From IMG/VR virus record IMGVR_UViG_3300027704_003386: DNA of 20,000 nucleotides; one strand, written 5' to 3'. The stretch comes from an uncultured virus (IMG/VR IMGVR_UViG_3300027704_003386). Taxonomy: Duplodnaviria; Heunggongvirae; Uroviricota; Caudoviricetes. The notes below the pieces were generated by a model. That model ran no database searches. It was not told the origin of the DNA and saw nothing but the letters and a program-made list of their open reading frames with translations. This document shows positions 17,634-20,000 of the stretch, one piece after another; within the stretch, counting starts at the first letter, position 1; each line of letters opens with the position of its first letter. The translations under genes and the position numbers were made by a program.

Positions 17634-18487
17634 TTTTTAAGTTCTTTTAAAGGTTCTAAGTTTAACTCTGGTTGGTTTTTTAATATGTTATAAAGTGTTT
17701 TATACTCTTTAGTATTCTTGTCTTTTCTGATTATAGGCTTATCCATCCAGTAGTGCTTAAAGTATAGTTCGTGATTAGGAGGTGCTATAATACCTTTCTC
17801 TGTTGCTCTAAATACCTTAGTTTCGCATACCCATTCTTGTTTCATTAGAGTAGTATACTCTACTCTATGGTAATCTAATAGGTGTCTCAAGGTAAGTTGC
17901 TCAGCAAAAATAAGAAAAGTAGAATTTGGAGCTTTTAATTTAGTAAATCTCTCCATCATCTCTAAACTAAATTGAGCATAACTATTTGCGAATTTATAAT
18001 CAGGAAAGTAACAAAAGCTACAATTTATCGCTTGGGGTACAGGTCTAGATATCATATCTGATATTTCTGCTATAAAAGGATCGTTTGCTGTAGGATAGTA
18101 CATTGTTCCGTCTTCTTTATGAGTAAAGACAGGTTTATCGTTTAACATTTCTGATATGTTCTTATATATCAAGAAATCATTATCCATTACTATAGTTGGT
18201 TCTTTTATATTCCTTAGTACTTCTAATTTACTAGAAGCCCAAAATACACTCTTGTCAATAAAGGTATTTATTGCTAGATTTTTTACTTCATCCCAAAGGT
18301 CTAAAGCATTGAGTGTTTTAAGAAAGTCTTTTGTTGATTTATCGCAGTATAGTATACAAGTATCATTAGGATGATTCTTCTTATATAAAAAAACAGAGCT
18401 CAATAGTAATAAACTATCAAGCTTAGTATAAAAGAGATGTTTCTCTTTATCTGTCTTTATGTTCTCTAATACCCACAGTACTTGCAC
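17630..18487 (-). CDS. DUF6734-like putative nucleotide-sugar transferase (paralogue 1); GTG start, first gene of the operon
   Basis: LLSSV...LYCD...WDEV...FWASSK...PTIVMDND (DxD)...NCSFCYF...FAEQLTL...FKHYW; same motif order as 16689..17633. Confidence 0.7.
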   Translation of the reverse strand: MQVLWVLENIKTDKEKHLFYTKLDSLLLLSSVFLYKKNHPNDTCILYCDKSTKDFLKTLNALDLWDEVKNLAINTFIDKSVFWASSKLEVLRNIKEPTIVMDNDFLIYKNISEMLNDKPVFTHKEDGTMYYPTANDPFIAEISDMISRPVPQAINCSFCYFPDYKFANSYAQFSLEMMERFTKLKAPNSTFLIFAEQLTLRHLLDYHRVEYTTLMKQEWVCETKVFRATEKGIIAPPNHELYFKHYWMDKPIIRKDKNTKEYKTLYNILKNQPELNLEPLKELKN

Positions 18488-18514
18488 AACCTATTGTTTT
18501 AACTATTATAACCA

Positions 18515-18546
18515 TTAATATACGAAATTTACTGCTTACTTACAAA
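18515..18546 (-). promoter_or_regulatory. Bacteroidota-type sigma70 promoter-like element for the modification operon
   Basis: Minus strand reads TTTG (18546-18543), a 20-nt spacer, then TATATTAA (18522-18515). The Bacteroidota consensus is TTTG-N19-21-TAnnTTTG, so the last two bases mismatch. It lies 27 bp upstream of the GTG. Confidence 0.5.
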
Positions 18547-18549
18547 TTA

Positions 18550-18999
18550 TTATGTAAATTCTGCGTAAAATACTGTAGTACTTGTTTGTGCTGCTGCATT
18601 CAAGGTAAGAGTAGTACCAGTTTGAATTTGTGATCCTCCTGATCCACCAGCTCTCCATCTAACAAAAGTTTTAGGGTATGCTGCTGTTTCGTCTGCAGTA
18701 AGTGTTAAGTTACCTTCATCTAAATTACAGTTTTTTAATGCTACTGTACCTGTCTGATCTGCTAAAGCATAACTTCCTGGTCCTGCTACATCTACATATC
18801 CTCCAGATGATACCTGTATTGATCCATAAAACCAATTATTGTCTCGTATCTCACTTGCAGCAGTTGGGTTACTGTTGCTCGGTGAGGCATCTGCCAGTGC
18901 ATCATTCATAGTTACATTCGAATCTGAGCTAATATTATTTGCCCATGTATCAAAAGAGCTAAAAGAAATGTTTGTTGTTCCGTATGTTTGTACTGCCAT
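18550..18999 (-). CDS. Small Ser/Thr-rich putative virion (tail-fibre tip/adhesin-like) protein with C-terminal InlB-B/Flg_new-like beta repeat
   Basis: 149 aa with 37 Ser+Thr and structural-protein composition. C-terminal LTLTA...Y..TFVRW...TTLTL...VFYAEF pattern; located just downstream of the tail fibre. Confidence 0.65.
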   Translation of the reverse strand: MAVQTYGTTNISFSSFDTWANNISSDSNVTMNDALADASPSNSNPTAASEIRDNNWFYGSIQVSSGGYVDVAGPGSYALADQTGTVALKNCNLDEGNLTLTADETAAYPKTFVRWRAGGSGGSQIQTGTTLTLNAAAQTSTTVFYAEFT

Positions 19000-19001
19000 G
19001 T

Positions 19002-19547
19002 CTAATCTTTTATTATTTTATCTTTAGGAAATAACTTACCTAACTCGGAAGCTAGATGTTTATAAGAAACCTTTGTTAAATTATCAATAATTGAGGAGTC
19101 TATTACCTCTCTTACTTCTTGTTTATCTCCTACTTTTACATTTTTCTTTTCTTCTACGGTACGGTAAAGAGTTAACTCTTCTCCTTCTTCATTGAAGCTT
19201 ATGTAAGGTACTTCTCTTTTAAAACTCTGTTCTTCATAAACTGGAACAGTAACTTTCTTTTTAGTAGCTATTGGAAACTTATAGAGATTAACTATCTCTT
19301 TTTCTTCTCCGTCCTTACTATTATCATAGCAAATTACTTTTGAAGATACTAGACCAATAGCATTATTATAAGGCTCTGATGTATATTGTCTGTTCATATC
19401 TTTCCCAAACTTTTTGTTTAGCCAAGATGTTGTAGTGAATCTAATTTCACTTACAGACCTGTTTATTTTCCACGTATCAATACGTATGTACAGTTCATCA
19501 GTAGGTCCAGAACTTGTTTCTAATTCGCAACTTATTTTTAATCCCAT
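19002..19547 (-). CDS. Hypothetical protein, putative tail-fibre-associated or assembly factor
   Basis: 181 aa directly downstream of the S74 tail fibre (15-bp gap); function inferred from position only. Confidence 0.7.
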   Translation of the reverse strand: MGLKISCELETSSGPTDELYIRIDTWKINRSVSEIRFTTTSWLNKKFGKDMNRQYTSEPYNNAIGLVSSKVICYDNSKDGEEKEIVNLYKFPIATKKKVTVPVYEEQSFKREVPYISFNEEGEELTLYRTVEEKKNVKVGDKQEVREVIDSSIIDNLTKVSYKHLASELGKLFPKDKIIKD

Positions 19548-19562
19548 AACGTTTAATGTATA

Positions 19563-20000
19563 TTAATTACAATTACACTTATCTACTTTAGCAGATAATT
19601 CTTTAACTGCTTCTATTAATACTGCTGTTAATTTTACATAATCAACTGCTAAATATCCATTGTCTCTTTCATGAACTAACTCTGGGTATACAGCTTGTAC
19701 TTCTTGTGCTTTAACTCCAATGTCGTGTCCTTCTTTGCTTACTATTTCTTCAATTCCTTCTTTCCAATCGAATTCGTATCCACCTATTTGGTTTACTTTA
19801 TCTAAAGCTCCTGCTAGTGGTGCAAAGTTTTCTTTTAGTCTTTCGTCAGAAGAATAGTATGCTGTAATATCTCCAGTTGCTCTAATCTCTCCTGTTGTAC
19901 CAGATGCTGCTGTACCTACTCCAAAGCTATCAAACCGTACGTCATCGTCAGTATCTAAGTTTAGATCTCCTAATGTCTGATCTGCTGTTGCAGAAGATTC
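19563..20000 (-). CDS. Tail fibre/spike protein C-terminus with peptidase S74 intramolecular chaperone (5' part outside the window; absent from the ORF track)
   Basis: Hand translation: ESSATADQTLGDLNLDTDDDVRFDSFGVGTAASGTTGEIRATGDITAYYSSDERLKENFAPLAGALDKVNQIGGYEFDW...DIGVKAQEVQAVYPELV...YLAVDYVKLTAVLIEAVKELSAKVDKCNCN*. Contains the SDxRLK autocleavage motif, GxxAQE and the coiled-coil end; TAA at 19563-19565. Confidence 0.93.
   Translation of the reverse strand, partial: ESSATADQTLGDLNLDTDDDVRFDSFGVGTAASGTTGEIRATGDITAYYSSDERLKENFAPLAGALDKVNQIGGYEFDWKEGIEEIVSKEGHDIGVKAQEVQAVYPELVHERDNGYLAVDYVKLTAVLIEAVKELSAKVDKCNCN

Noticed and set aside
2115..18487. Ordinary bacterial capsule/O-antigen locus, or an eCIS/tailocin locus
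   Set aside because: No wzx/wzy/ABC export or nucleotide-sugar genes are present, and the operon is flanked by an S74 tail fibre and a sheath gene in phage-like dense organisation. A prophage or eCIS origin cannot be formally excluded from this window alone.
4573..19027. Short plus-strand ORFs (4573-4824, 5970-6203, 9693-9878, 13019-13237, 14790-14972, 18156-18374, 18702-18911, 18839-19027)
   Set aside because: All are antisense to well-supported genes, 60-83 aa long, and show no recognisable motifs.
1..20000. Stop-codon reassignment, as seen in some large phages
   Set aside because: Long ORFs tile the window under the standard bacterial code, and TAA, TGA (14962, 17630) and TAG (19002) all terminate genes at sensible junctions.
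1..20000. CRISPR arrays, tRNA/rRNA genes, introns/inteins, DGR repeats or IS elements
   Set aside because: None seen. Intergenic gaps are at most 114 bp, and I noticed no repeated nucleotide units, transposase, reverse transcriptase or intein motifs.

Overview
AT-rich window with every credible gene on the minus strand. It reads as part of a large contractile-tailed (myovirus-like) phage genome. A Bacteroidota host is suggested by a TTTG-N20-TAnnTT promoter-like element and mostly SD-less, A-rich leaders. The two ends carry structural genes that the ORF track missed because they run off the window: the C-terminus of a tail fibre with a peptidase S74 chaperone (19563..>20000) and a tail sheath protein (<1..1709). 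Between them lies a tightly packed 14-gene, ~16.4 kb operon (18487->2115) made up almost entirely of modification enzymes. It encodes two DUF6734-like DxD proteins, a GT32-like and a GT2_4-like glycosyltransferase, and two GT7 (beta-1,4-galactosyltransferase-like) enzymes with a LamG domain inserted inside the catalytic domain. It also encodes two N-terminal-twitch radical SAM enzymes, a C-terminal-twitch radical SAM enzyme, an Asp/Asn beta-hydroxylase-like 2OG-Fe(II) oxygenase, a 1178-aa GT-like/Rossmann-like/B12-radical SAM fusion and an SGNH-like protein. The best hypothesis (inference) is a phage-encoded glycosylation and radical-SAM tailoring system acting on virion or tail proteins. All family calls come from motif recognition by eye; no database search was run.
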